From Balanoglossus misakiensis (lineage: Eukaryota > Animalia > Hemichordata): DNA of 64,000 nucleotides. Made by a program: the position numbers and the translations under genes. The DNA lies in NCBI GenBank assembly GCA_040954595.2, contig CM082582.2, positions 2,898,303 through 2,962,302 of the forward strand. Reading direction: 5' to 3'. Shown in pieces: positions 1 to 12,100 of the stretch. The stretch's first letter is position 1, and each line of letters starts with the position of its first letter. The notes below the pieces were generated by a model that saw only the letters and a program-made list of their open reading frames with translations, did not search any database and had not been told where the DNA came from.

Positions 1-130
1 ATTCTCAAAACTTTTTGTGCATTTAGTAGCTTTGAGCAAGTTTCTGGTACTGATCAGATTTCCGAATTCAGGACTGCGCTTTTCTGGCTTTGGTCACCAT
101 CAGCCAATGTGATCTTACGCACACATTTTT

Positions 131-706
131 GAAAAAAAAATCCAGCCTGTTTGTGTCATGATTTATATTTTTCTTTGCGGCCTAAGGTATTGTTTTATTT
201 CACTCTAAACAACATTACTTTCCTTCATGTGTCTATACATAATAATAGATCTCTTAGCCAGTTTGATTAAGCATGGTGTTGGACTAGCACACTTTCAGCC
301 AAAGTTACGGTATCTCCCTGTGTATTGATATGGGAGTAATTTCTAGCTATATGGTTAAGGAAATCCATCCAAATTTAATTTATGCATCACATGAAGATTT
401 GAACTTGACCATTTAATTCATGTCATCACGATCATATCACAGGCAATCGAGGCCAGAATTCGAAGGGAAAAAAAAGTATTGATAACTGGAATATGTAAAT
501 TAGTTCGTAGACATACAAATTGCTTCCTATTGCTTCGGTTGCAACGCCCGATAAAAGCAAATATATAGCAAGTCATGCTTACCATTGAGCGGTCTTAAAC
601 TCGCCCCAGACGAGGAAGAGAATCCTGAGTTGAAATGCAGGCAATCTCAGGCAGCATCTGAGAATCAAATAGACCTAGAAGTTAGTAACCAGTCATAGTA
701 GCTCTA
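131..706. repeat. Dispersed repeat, copy 1 (about 575 bp; direct copy at about 6772-7349); probable DNA-transposon end
   Basis: Colinear near-identity from AAAATCCAGCCTGTTTGTGTCATG to AACCAGTCATAGTAGCTCT. Both copies stop matching at the same GTAGCTCT end (reverse complement (C)AGAGCTACTATG, which looks like a terminus). Confidence 0.8.
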
Positions 707-719
707 AGTTGGATGTAAA

Positions 720-2300
720 AGTCTAAGTTGGGTGTACCAACTCACCTTGTTAACAGTAACTTTCAAAGAAACTGGGCAATTGGTTCAAGAGAAGATTTGC
801 TATCCAAAAACAAAGAATTTACAACAAAACTACCTAAATATTAAAAAACAGACTTTAATAAAAGTCGCACATACAGGTACATGTGTTATGAAATTGTAAA
901 CCAACTTCTAAAGCAATCAGAAAAAAAATTTGGGTTACCCCTAGGAATTTTCCTACCATATTTCAAAGCCATCAAAAAAGCAGTTTCAAAGAAAAACACA
1001 TTTGTTCAAAAGTGGCAAAAACACAAATATGCAAAAATCACTACAATTGTACACCATCTTACTTCAATCACTACAAGGAACATTCCTGCCAAAGTTCAAA
1101 GCAACCAGACAACGGTTTGAACGTTTTCAGAGAAAGCAGTTTTTGACAAAGATTGCATAAAATATCTCCAAATAAGACAAAGATGAAGTTTTAACCATTT
1201 TTAAGACATCTCACTTGGGTTACCCCTGGGAATCTGCCTACCAAATTGCAAAGCATTCTGACCAAAATTGGCATAATTGCTCAAAATTATAAATATGCCT
1301 ATTTTACAACAATCTGAACAAAAAATATGGTAACTCGGACCACCTTTAGGAAGCTTCATACTAAATTTCGAAGGAGTCGGACTATCGCTTTCAGAAGTGA
1401 AGATTTTTTTACCAATAATTTGGAAAAAGACAAAAAATTAATAAACATTAGAAAATTCATAATATTAGCTCAAAGCATACAGGACTGTATGGGGTTTATT
1501 GACATACAAGTTTTCAGATCAATCTGACCAGTGGTTGCTGAGTTTCTGACTTTTGACCAATTTCACATTTTCACAGGTAATACTTTTGGCAATGGCAACC
1601 TCATTTGAACAAAATCCCATCTACAGCCCCGCCTTCATCTACACACTAAATATGGAAGTGATATGCACAGCAGTTTTCATCCGTTCATCCATACATACAG
1701 ATGCAAGTCATTCCATAAGGTCCCAATCGTATATATATATATACACAAACCAAATGCCATGGGACCTAAAAATTGCTACAAAATTAAAATACACAAATTT
1801 TGCAACACTTTAATCAAAACTATGGTAACTCAGATCACCTGCGAAGCTTCATACTAAATTTCAAACAAGTCAGCTGATCAATTCCAGAAAAGTAGATTTT
1901 TTACCGATAATGTGGAGACAAAAAATGCATAAACATTGGAAATTCACATAAGCTGACAACATAAAGGGCTGTGTGAGGTTACTATAAGGTACATGCATAT
2001 CAATTTTCAATTTTTAAAGCAATTTACCCAGTAGTTTTTGAGTTCCTCAGTTTTGACAAATTTGACACTTTCCCAGCTCACTTGCATATTTTGGCAATGA
2101 CAACTTCATTTAGACAAACTCCCACCTACTGCCTTGCCTGCATCTCCACACTAAATATCAAGGTCACACGCCAGTAGTTTCCAAATGTTTGATGTTGATG
2201 GACATACAGACAAACATCCATACAGACATCCATACATACAGGTGCAACTGATCCTGTAAGGTCCCATGGTATAAATACATATACCAAACGGGACCTAATA
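720..2300. repeat. Non-coding interspersed repeat with two related tandem subunits (about 1270-1772 and 1773-2300)
   Basis: Both subunits share motifs (ATGGTAACTC-GA-CACC, GAAGCTTCATACTAAATTTC, TTTTGGCAATG-CAAC-TCATTT), a CATA-type tract and a GGGACCTAA end. Family not identified. Confidence 0.55.
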
Positions 2301-2400
2301 ATTTTAATAAAATGCCTTCATAGCTAGTGTAAAAACCACTTGTACCTTCAACGTGCTTGGACAACACATTTTTGTAACTTTCCCAGATCAATGGCTAATA

Positions 2401-4993
2401 TAGTGGAGCGGCCAAACCCTAATTTTCATAGCGATTGTGCATTTGTGATAAAAGCACCAAACTTGGCTCAGATGTGTGTTAATGTGAAGTAAACAAATTC
2501 AGATAGCGAGCCACTAAATATCTGTTGATGAGTTTCCATGGCAACCGATTTTTCAAAATGGCCACCAATACAGATAATTTCACCCACCAAATAACAACTG
2601 TAAACACCAAAATAAATTTAGATTACTATATTTGATACAAGGAACTGTGTAAAGAATGATTTGCAAAGATATTATGGTTACTAAACTACTTATAGGGGTA
2701 AGTAAGTTATCAAAACACAATTTAAAGGCGCAACTTTTAATCCCTTTGTTCTCGGATTAATAGGTGCTCCTCTAGAAGTGAAACCATACTGTCTATCGTC
2801 AAACATTAGGCTAATTGCGATATTTAACTTGCAGTACATAAATTACATGTCATATGAATCACAACAGTTTACCACCTTAGCCAATGATAATCATATTAAC
2901 AGATCACCGATATATTCGAATTGCACACGGATGCGGGCTTAGCTTACTCGTGACTGGTAAAATTTCCTTATCAACTGAGAGTCCACTGCCCGAAATAGAC
3001 GTTGATCCAAACTGAGTCCACGGTCGTCGCGTTTATTGGTCGACAGACATACACATAGGGCCTCAAACGCAATGCAATCTAAATGGACCCCGGGTAACAA
3101 ACCATGCGAAAATGTTGGCTTTGTTTCGACCACAATCGCGACCGCAGCGTTGACAACGTTTTTTCGGGGCGTTGATGTTTGTCAAAATGCCATAGGAAAT
3201 TAAAGAAACTTAAGTCGAATTGCTGAAACGTTAATAATCGACCATATGTCTTGATACTGTAGATCATGTATCAGTTCGACTCCAGCAATTTTGGCGACTG
3301 TTAACAGAGTTGACCAAAAGATAAATGGTGTCTATGATTCCAAACTCATAAAAATTACACCGGGGGACACAACATTATTTTATTTGTCGAGAATAGTGTT
3401 CATCATGCCATAAATATTGTCAAAAATGTGTGTTAATTATAAAAACCCAACTAAAGATACAAGCAGTTGGCATTTAGATTGGTAAATGGAAAAGCAGGTA
3501 TTATTGCAATTTTCTGGGATTAGGTGGCCCAATGCTCCCAACAAGTCACTTGGAATGTACTTTCATTCTAATATCTCAATGTGTAAAGATCCGACTTTGC
3601 AAGAGATATTAGGAAAACTTCATTTCATTTAATAGCATGAAGTAAGCGAAATCTTACTCTTTACAGAAAAGCTGTGATCCTGAAGACTTTTGGTGTTTTG
3701 AAGCTTATTTTCACTTTATCATATTATTCTTTGATTTTGGGGGTTCAAAAAACACAAAATAACATGTCAAAATAGAACTGCTGACTATCATCAAGGTGCG
3801 ATTAAAATTATCGATAACATGAGCAATACAAAGCACTTCAAGCGACTTCATCAAAACGCTTTCCGAAGGACAAGTATTGGATGAAAAGTTTGAAACAGAT
3901 TTTGATTTTGATTCCTAACATCTATCTATGTACATACAACCTATAGTTAGTTTCTATAGTAACTTTAACAAACCAATCGACTGTCATGATACTGGCTTTC
4001 TGCCATCATTTTATGGGGAAGTGATTCTTTATTTGCATGAATCATTTGATGAAGATAAAATAGAAAAGCTAGATTCTGCACTGATTCAAACTGGTAAGAT
4101 CAATTTATAAGGTTGAGAAACAAGATGCCGTTTTTTCCTGGGTTGACTAAATTTGGAATTTTGTTCATGAAAGATATTTTTATGGGGAAAATAACGAATC
4201 AACTGAGGTTTACCTGTTAAACTTTTATCACAAAATGCCCAAATTTTATGAAAATGTTGTTTATGCCAGGTCACTATTATAATATATATATGGTTATACA
4301 GTGTTTTAACTAAGTTTGTTGTAATCGTGGTTATTACCAAACTTGAATTTCTTTAGCGACTGAATCTCGATCCTGTATTTACCCCTTTAACTAGTTTAGT
4401 GATGATAAAAATTTTAGAAATTACTCTTTGAGCAGTTTCTTGTTTCAAATTTTGTAATATGAATTTATTTTGGAGTTTTATAATTGTTATTTTGTGGGTG
4501 AGATTATCTGTATTGGCGGCCATTTTGAAAAAATGAAAAAATAGTTGCCATGGAAACTCATCAACAGATATTGTGGCTCACTATCTGAATTTGTTTAGTA
4601 CACATTAATGCACATAGCCAAGTTTGGTGCTTGTATCACAAAATGCACAATCGATTTGTTATGCCGCTGTACTGTAGACGTTAAACTGTGTTTTATCCTT
4701 TATTCTATATTCAGAACTATTTCGGTGACCACAAATACCCTTTCTATAGTTTCTGGTTTCAAATATCATAATCTGAAAGTACCTTGGTGTTCTTTAGTCG
4801 TTATTTTGTGTGAAAGATTAATGTAGTGGCGGCCATTTTGAAAAATGGTTGCCATGGCTACCCGTTAACAGATATTAAGTGGCTCGCTATCTGAATTTGC
4901 TAAGTACACAGTAACACACATCTGAGCCAAGTTTGGTGTTTTTATCACAAAATGCACAATCGCGATGAAAATTGGGGTTTGGCCGCTCCACTA
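2401..4993. mobile_element. Non-autonomous DNA transposon with long TIRs (TAGTGG..CCACTA), Academ-like
   Basis: 2401 TAGTGGAGCGGCCAAACCC...GCACCAAACTTGGCTCAGATGTGTG is the reverse complement of about 4830-4993. ATA lies on both flanks (2398-2400, 4994-4996). A second related TIR copy is at about 4505-4672. Superfamily inferred from TAG..CTA ends and a 3-bp TSD. Confidence 0.7.
3480..4270 (+). pseudogene. Heavily decayed L1/Tx1-clade LINE ORF2 C-terminal fragment inside the TIR element
   Basis: Translated patches RNLTLYRKAVILKTFGVLKLIF and LPSFYGEVI resemble Tx1 ORF2 motifs (RxLSLxGKxxIIKT, LPxFYxxI). Many stops and frameshifts. Confidence 0.45.
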
Positions 4994-5407
4994 ATACTAC
5001 ATGCCAAGGGTGACTAGAATTTTTTTTTGGGGGGGAGGGGGCGATGCAATTCTGATACATGTACTTCATGATTTAGAGATCTGGTGAAAATCCTGTCAAC
5101 CGAATTACAGGGAAATCAGATTTTCCATGGAAAATCATTTGACCAAAAAATTTCAAAAAGTGTAGAAAATAAATTTGAAACAGAAAGCCTACTCAAAATC
5201 ATACCAAAATTTAAATTTTAATGCAGTTGGGCAAGCAATTTGAGAATGAAGAAACTTAGAAATAATTTATAAATTGAAAATAATTTACAAATGCTGCACA
5301 CAAACATACAATCACTACCATATTACTGTACAAGTTAAAAGGACATTGTACCAGCAGAGACATTGCGATCGAGCAATCCCCAAGATATACATGACATGGT
5401 CTAATTA

Positions 5408-5686
5408 AGCAATAAAACACCCCCAGCCATGGTATATCACGAGATTTTGACCAGTTCACGACATATACGCACGATCAAAATCGAGTGGTATACCATGGCT
5501 GGGGGTGTTTTATTGCTATTATATTATGCCAGTATATTGAAACTTTGCATAAAACATTTTAAAAAGGCATTTTCTTTAACTATGATATATGACTGTGGTA
5601 TATGGCTAATATATCACGGTCACGTGTCGTGTCTCGACCAATCAAATAGCGTGATTTACACCATCAATATACTGGTATAATATAAT
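5408..5686 (+). mobile_element. Small double-hairpin (A..A'B..B') element, possibly a non-autonomous Crypton-like element
   Basis: AGCAATAAAACACCCCCAGCCATGGTATA pairs with TATACCATGGCTGGGGGTGTTTTATTGCT. The adjoining ATTATATTATGCCAGTATATTGA pairs with the 3' end TCAATATACTGGTATAATATAAT. No TSD seen. Confidence 0.65.
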
Positions 5687-5826
5687 TACAAATATTGAAT
5701 ATGTAAAATAAGTACACAACACTTCCAGTCTTTCAGTACAGTCAGCTGCTTGTGAACAATTTGCAGGTAGGTATTTCATCAAATTTACAGACCAAGTCAT
5801 TCCTATACAATTCTCCCCTGAAATAC

Positions 5827-6170
5827 GTTTTAAGCTACCCTAAGTGAGTGATGAAAATCTCATACGGTCGACAATTTCAGGATGGCCGATTTTTGCCATG
5901 TTAAAGAAATAGGAGTTCATAAGCTAAAGTGATGATGGGTCATTCTGGAACTTTTTAACAGAAAAAATAACAACATGTGAAAAACAGTTTAATGGGTTTA
6001 ATATGCTAACTACAGAGACAGACATGTTTGACCAAAGGAAGTCATGAAATACAGTAAACATATCATTTCTTCTATCTCTTACTACAGTTGGTTGTGAACT
6101 TTTCGCCCAGAATGCAATGGGATTTGACCCCCTAGCGCAAAGTGAAAACCTATTTAAAGCAGCCAGAATT
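5827..6170. repeat. Dispersed repeat (direct copy at about 26935-27273)
   Basis: Colinear match from GTTTTAAGCTACC..AAGTGAGTGATGAAAATCTCAT to GCAGCCAGAATT. Confidence 0.8.
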
Positions 6171-6586
6171 TTCTGCATAGTATGACGGAAACATTTGTAA
6201 AGTCATGGGTAGCATGGGTTGGCAGGTTTATGGGACCCTGCTCATGTTCCCTCGAATAAAACATGATACATGTTTGGTGACTTATTATTCTGTATTTGTT
6301 GATTTTGTCATATTTTCAGATAAATCCCTATCAATCAGTCATATTTGTTCGGCCTTGCTATACAGCGAAATATAAATCTTGTTGACTGAAATTGTTGAGG
6401 ATAGTGTTAAGTAAAGGTTACCCATTGGAAAATATTAAAATGATTATTAGTGGTGTCCAACTCTTCATGATAACCAGTTGTGGCTTGCCACCACCATAAT
6501 TTTGAAAGGGCGACTTCACTGTTTGATGGGAAAAGGTAGCCTTTACAAACAAGCTATGGAGCATGTATACAGCAAGTTGTGCTTAC

Positions 6587-6659
6587 CGGAAAGCGGTCTT
6601 GGATCAGGCCTAGGTATTCTCTCCCTCCTCCGGCATACGTTGAAATGCTGTGTTTAAGA
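6587..6659 (-). CDS. Candidate internal exon (73 nt; xLKHSISTYAGGGREYLGLIQDRFP) of an unidentified minus-strand gene
   Basis: Acceptor ttgattcacag and strong donor CCG|gtaagc. Only one frame is open. I could not phase it to other exons. Confidence 0.45.
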
Positions 6660-6771
6660 CTGTGAATCAAATATATGCATATTAATAAGTAACCAATCAA
6701 CCTTGCTTTAGAATTATGTGGGCAATACTAAATAGTGAAAATATGCAAAACATGGTATAATATAGGGTCAG

Positions 6772-7349
6772 AAAAAATATCCAGCCTGTTTGTGTCATGA
6801 TTTACATTTTTCTTTCTGACCTAAATTATTGTTTTTGTCACTTTAAACAACATTACTGTCCTTCATAAGTCTAATATGATAATAGACTTCTTAGCCAGTT
6901 TGATTAAGCATGGTGTTGGACTAGCGCATGTTCAGCCAAAGCTACAGTATCTCCCTGTGTATTGGTATGGGAGTAATTTTAGCTATATGTTTAAAGAAAT
7001 GCATCCAAATTTATTCTATGCTCCATGTGAAGATTTGAACTTGTGAGTTGTCCATTTAATTCATGTCATCACTACCATATCACAGGCAATCAAGGCCAGA
7101 ATTCGAAGGGGAAAAAACAAGTATTGAAAGCTGGAATGTGTAAATTAGTTCGTAGACATACATTGCTTCCTATTGTACCGTTTGCAACGCGTGATAAAAG
7201 CAAATATATAGCAAGTCATGCTTACCATTGAGCGGTCTTAAACTCGCCTCGGACGAGGAAGAGAATCCCGAGTTGAAACGCAGACATTTTCAGGCAGCAT
7301 CTGTGAATCAAATAGACATAGAAGTTAGTAACCAGTCATAGTAGCTCTG
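6772..7349. repeat. Dispersed repeat, copy 2 of 131-706
   Basis: Direct colinear copy ending GTCATAGTAGCTCTG. Confidence 0.8.
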
Positions 7350-7501
7350 CGTGGCAGGGCTGCGTGTTAACAGCTATGCCATAGCTGACACTGGTAGCTT
7401 ATAACAGTCTCGATGGTGCCAAAAATCTCCCCAACAACAAAACTAATTCTGGTCAGTTTATTCGCTATCGCTTTGCCTTAAAAGTTATACTGTAGTGTGT
7501 T

Positions 7502-7922
7502 ACCACAGGGGGCTCTCCCTCCGCGATTTTATTGTTTGTTTGTTTGTTGTTGTTGTTGTTGTTGATGATTGGCATTATAAACAAATACATATTTCTTTAT
7601 TAATAAATATGGTTTGTTGACATGTAAGTGTTAGGGAATATTCAACGGTTAGCATTAGTGTTGGCACTTTTTTCGATCCACGGCCCCGGGCATCACTAAG
7701 CCACGAAGAGAGGGTGATGCTGGCCGTGGATCGCAAAAATGCCAACACTAATACTAACAGTTGAATATACCATAACCTGTCAAATATACCCTAATAACCT
7801 AACCCTTACATGTCAACAAACCATATTTATTGACAAAGAAATATGTATTTGTTTATAATGCCAATCAACAACAACAACAAACAAACACACAATAAAATTG
7901 CGGAGGGAGAGCCCCCTGTGGT
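7502..7922. repeat. Imperfect palindrome of about 420 bp
   Basis: ACCACAGGGGGCTCTCCCTCCGC...AAATATGGTTTGTTGACATGTAAG...TTAGTGTTGGCA..GATCCACGGCC..GCATCAC pairs with the mirrored arm ending GCGGAGGGAGAGCCCCCTGTGGT. Apex at about 7698-7712. Confidence 0.85.
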
Positions 7923-8466
7923 GTTATGGTACCACCTGCCCCACAATGACAAAGCTGACTCGAGGCCACGAACGACGTACAATTTACTCGCACGGTGTAA
8001 AACAACGCATGAATTCCATGCGACTGTGAGTTTACTGTTCGGCGCTGTAACGCTTCCCAAAGTCAGAATTTCGATGTTGGGAAGACACTGTCGCCCTACC
8101 ACTACCAGTTTTTGCAAGAAGGAGTGTACATGTACTTGTAAAATAACATTAAATGCCATGCTTACCAGAGAAACGACATCATCAAGCATGGAGGCGACCG
8201 GGACCTCCATGCTTGATGAACATCGAAGCTGCAATGATTTTTCAAATGCAACGGTCAGCGGTACGAGAACGAGGCAGCACCTGCTCGTCAATTATGCAAA
8301 TTAGTTACTACTCAATCAGAATCTTGCTTTCGCATTCTAATTAGTCAAAGTATGCAGTGCAACGTTTGTGTGCGGGTGGAGAATGCGCCTCGCCAACTGA
8401 TGAATTCTCTGTCACGGCGTTCTTTGGAAGTGCGATTATGTAACCGATTATCTCATTGGGGACATA

Positions 8467-9150
8467 AGGGGGGGTTACACGTGCCTGTTTACTCCGGACC
8501 TGACACCGGATTAAATTTAACCCGGTGTCAGTTTGACGTGTGACCAGACAACTCCGGACTAACACCGCATTAAAATAATCCGGAGTCGGAGGGGTGGTTC
8601 AGGTACGGTGCGCCGTCTTAAACAATGACCTCTTCACACGTGTGACCCGATCGCCGAACTAAACACCGCACTAAATCTTGTCTTCCGGCTCGCGGTCATT
8701 ACCACGATGGACAGCGTTCAAGCAAGATGCTCCCGCGATCGCGGCAACAATTGGTCAGATGACGAAGTCAAACTACTGATTTCAATCTGGAAAGACGAAA
8801 ACGTTATCCGTATGATGGACGGCACGTCGAGGGATAGGCGAGTGTATGAGGTCATCGCTGCCAAGGCCAGGGAGAAGGGACTCGACAGAACCGCGGAGCA
8901 ATGTCACAACAAAATCAAACGGTTGCGAAACCAATACAAAACTGTTTCCGACCACAACCGTCGTTTTGGCGATTGTGGTTAAGTTGAGTTAGCCCAGTGA
9001 ATACTGCTGAGGGCGCTTGACCCGAACTAAATTTAGAGCTTGTAAATTGACGTGTAAACGAGCGTTCTCCTAAGTCGCTGATAAGGAATGTTTACAGAGC
9101 GACAAATCCGATCAACTCAGGTTTAAAATTATTCACGTGTAACCCCAGCA
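8467..9150 (+). mobile_element. PIF/Harbinger-type non-autonomous transposon (684 bp) carrying a Myb/SANT ORF
   Basis: TIR core GGGGTTACACGTG / CACGTGTAACCCC. 3-bp TSD ATA (8464-66, 9151-53). The empty site GGGACATA|GATAATAT is preserved in the duplicate at about 10800. Confidence 0.85.
8707..8982 (+). CDS. Myb/SANT-like (trihelix, MSANTD/ZSCAN29-type) DNA-binding domain, Harbinger accessory protein, probably truncated
   Basis: NWSDDEVKLLISIW...VYEVIA...RTAEQCHNKIKRLRNQYK matches the W..E...L...W / RT..QC..K.K.L...Y trihelix signature. ATG start and no internal stops. Confidence 0.85.
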   Translation: MDSVQARCSRDRGNNWSDDEVKLLISIWKDENVIRMMDGTSRDRRVYEVIAAKAREKGLDRTAEQCHNKIKRLRNQYKTVSDHNRRFGDCG

Positions 9151-12100
9151 ATAGATAATATATTTTGTCTTCTTCAATTTGTTTGTACTACGAAAACAAT
9201 TGCGAAACGAATAGCAAGCGCTTACGCTATGAAACGTAAATAAATATCAGTCATGGCCATGTAGAAACGGAACGTCAATCCGCATTTGTCAAAAAATAAT
9301 AGAAAAGACAAAGAAGCTGAGGGGAATGACCTCTCCGTTCTGACCTATCTGGGGAAGGCCTATTGCAATACGCAATATGTCAGATCATGCTACCATCCGC
9401 CATTCTGATTGGACGAGAGCTCAATCCATCGATACGAAAGTACTCAATAGAGCACTGCTGAAACTGGCCCTGAACTAATCGCATGCAACAGGGAAAACGC
9501 GACCTTTCAAATCAAATAAATACAAAAAATACAGTACAGCCAATGAATTTACGGCCGGCCGGTTTATTTCTTAACTGCTCTATAGGAATTGTTGTCACTG
9601 CCATGGACCACTTCGCGGATAGCATAACACAGGGTGTTGTGGGATAGTTTGCGTTCTGAGCGCGTGCGTTAGCCATGCAGTAGACGCTATGTTGAACGCA
9701 AATTATACCATCATGCATTGCAGATACCCTATCCGCGTAGTGGTCTATGCACGATGCATGTCTTGTCACTGCGCACTCGACAAATTGGACCGTTTCTATA
9801 AAAAATATGAACTGTGACTTTTGATTTTATTGAGAAATGTCTCTCGAATTAAGACCATGTAACGTAAATCAAGGAAATGTATTCTGCTAAAGTTGCTCCT
9901 GACGGGTTCGCTGAAACATTGTGTTATTGGTAAAATACGTCAAGTGTAAAATATTGAGTTACCTAATATGATAAAATATCAGATTTATGTGTTTAATCAA
10001 GATAGGCCTCTCTTCATATGTTTCATTTATTTGGTTTGAATAAAAGTTATCTGATTCAGTTTCATGAAGTATACACGGATTAAATGTTTATCCACTGTAG
10101 TGCCACTGAAATGGCTTTCACGTTTGAGACTTTGGGCGGTAATCTTATATTTACTTTCTTCATTTCTATTGGAGTAGACTACACCGGGGTCGACCTAAAA
10201 TATCTATAAGCAATGCGCAAATGGAGTATTTCGGCCGTGATGACCGGACGATGTCGGACAAAGTCTACAACTTAATACACGATCCCCTCCAATTTGCATA
10301 TGTCCATAAATGGCTAAACTTGCGTATCCTAGTGTTCTAAAGAACAAATGGTGGCGCTCTTATTGTCGCGTGTGCCACCTCCTGAATATCTGTGATTGGA
10401 TGTATCTCAATTTGCCATGGTAACAGTAGCTAAATTTGCATAGGTTACCGTATACCTTTAAGGCACGTCAAGCGTATGTCCTTGTTGGGCTGTCTGACAG
10501 GAACGAATCGAGACCCACCGCACAGTCACGCAATAATGAAATCCACATCGCCAAAAACGATGTTTCACTAGACTCGGGTACATGCAACTATCTCATGGCA
10601 TTTACAGAATTGAACACCCCAGGCAATGTTACGTGTTGCTCCATGACTGTTGCTCCATGACCAACCAAACAGCAAACAACAAACTCATGTCCAAACCAAT
10701 TGTGTGCGGGTGGAGAATGCGCCTCGCCAACTGATGAATTCTGTCACGGCGTTCTTTGGAAGTGCGATTATGTAACCCCGATTATCTCATTAGGGACATA
10801 GATAATATATTTCGTCTTCTTCAATTTGTTTGTACTACGAAAACAATTGCGAAACGAATAGCAAGCGCTTACGCTATGAAACGTAAATAAATATCAGTCA
10901 TGGCCATGTAGAAACGGAACGTCAATCCGCATTTGTCAAAAAATAATAGAAAAGACAAAGAAGCTGAGGGGAATGACCTCTCCGTTCTGACCTATCTGGG
11001 GAAGGCCTATTGCAATACGCAATATGTCAGATCATGCTACCATCCGCCATTCTGATTGGACGAGAGCTCAATCCATCGATACGAAAGTACTCAATAGAGC
11101 ACTGCTGAAACTGGCCCTGAACTAATCGCATGCAACAGGGAAAACGCGACCTTTCAAATCAAATAAATACAAAAAATACAGCCAATGAATTTACGGCCGG
11201 CCGGTTTATTTCTTAACTGCTCTATAGGAATTGTTGTCACTGCCATGGACCACTTCGCGGATAGCATAACACAGGGTGTTGTGGGAAAGTTTGCGTTCTG
11301 AGCGCGTGCGTTAGCCATGCAGTAGACGCTATGTTGAACGCAAATTATACCATCATGCATTGCAGATACCCTATCCGCGTAGTGGTCTATGCACGATGCA
11401 TGTCTTGTCAGTGCGCACTCGACAAATTGGACCGTTTCTATAAAAAATATGAACTGTGACTTTTGATTTTATTGAGAAATGTCTCTCGAATTAAACCATG
11501 TAACGTAAATCAAGGAAATGTATTCTGCTAAAGTTGCTCCTGACGGGTTCGCTGAAACATTGTGTTATTGGTAAAATACGTCAAGTGTAAAATATTGAGT
11601 TACCTAATATGATAAAATATCAGATTTATGTGTTTAATCAAGATAGGCCTCTCTTCATATGTTTCATTTATTTGGTTTGAATAAAAGTTATCTGATTCAG
11701 TTTCATGAAGTATACACGGATTAAATGTTTATCCACTGTAGTGCCACTGAAATAGCTTTCACGTTTGAGACATCGGGCGGTAATCTTATATTTACTTTCT
11801 TCATTTCTATTGGAGTAGACTACACCGGGGTCGACCTAAAATATCTATAAGCAATGCGCAATGGGAGTATTTCAGCCGTGATGACCGGACGATGTCGGAC
11901 AAAGTCTACAACTTAATACACGATCACCTCCAATTTGCATATGTCCATAAATGGCTAAACTTGCGTATCCTAGTGTTCTAAAGAACAAATGGTGGCGCTC
12001 TTATTGTCGCGTGTGCCACCTCCTGAATATTTGTGATTGGCTGTATCTCAATTTGCCATGGTAACAGTAGCTAAATTTGCATAGGTTACCGTATACCTTT

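Noticed and set aside
582-640. Hammerhead-ribozyme-like string (..GACGAGG..GAAA), also near 7250-7280
   Set aside because: The CUGANGA core is absent (CAGACGA/CGGACGA) and I could not build the stems.
7827-8304. Overlapping 153/154-aa ORFs on opposite strands
   Set aside because: They lie in palindrome/repeat sequence and show no recognisable domain or splice support.
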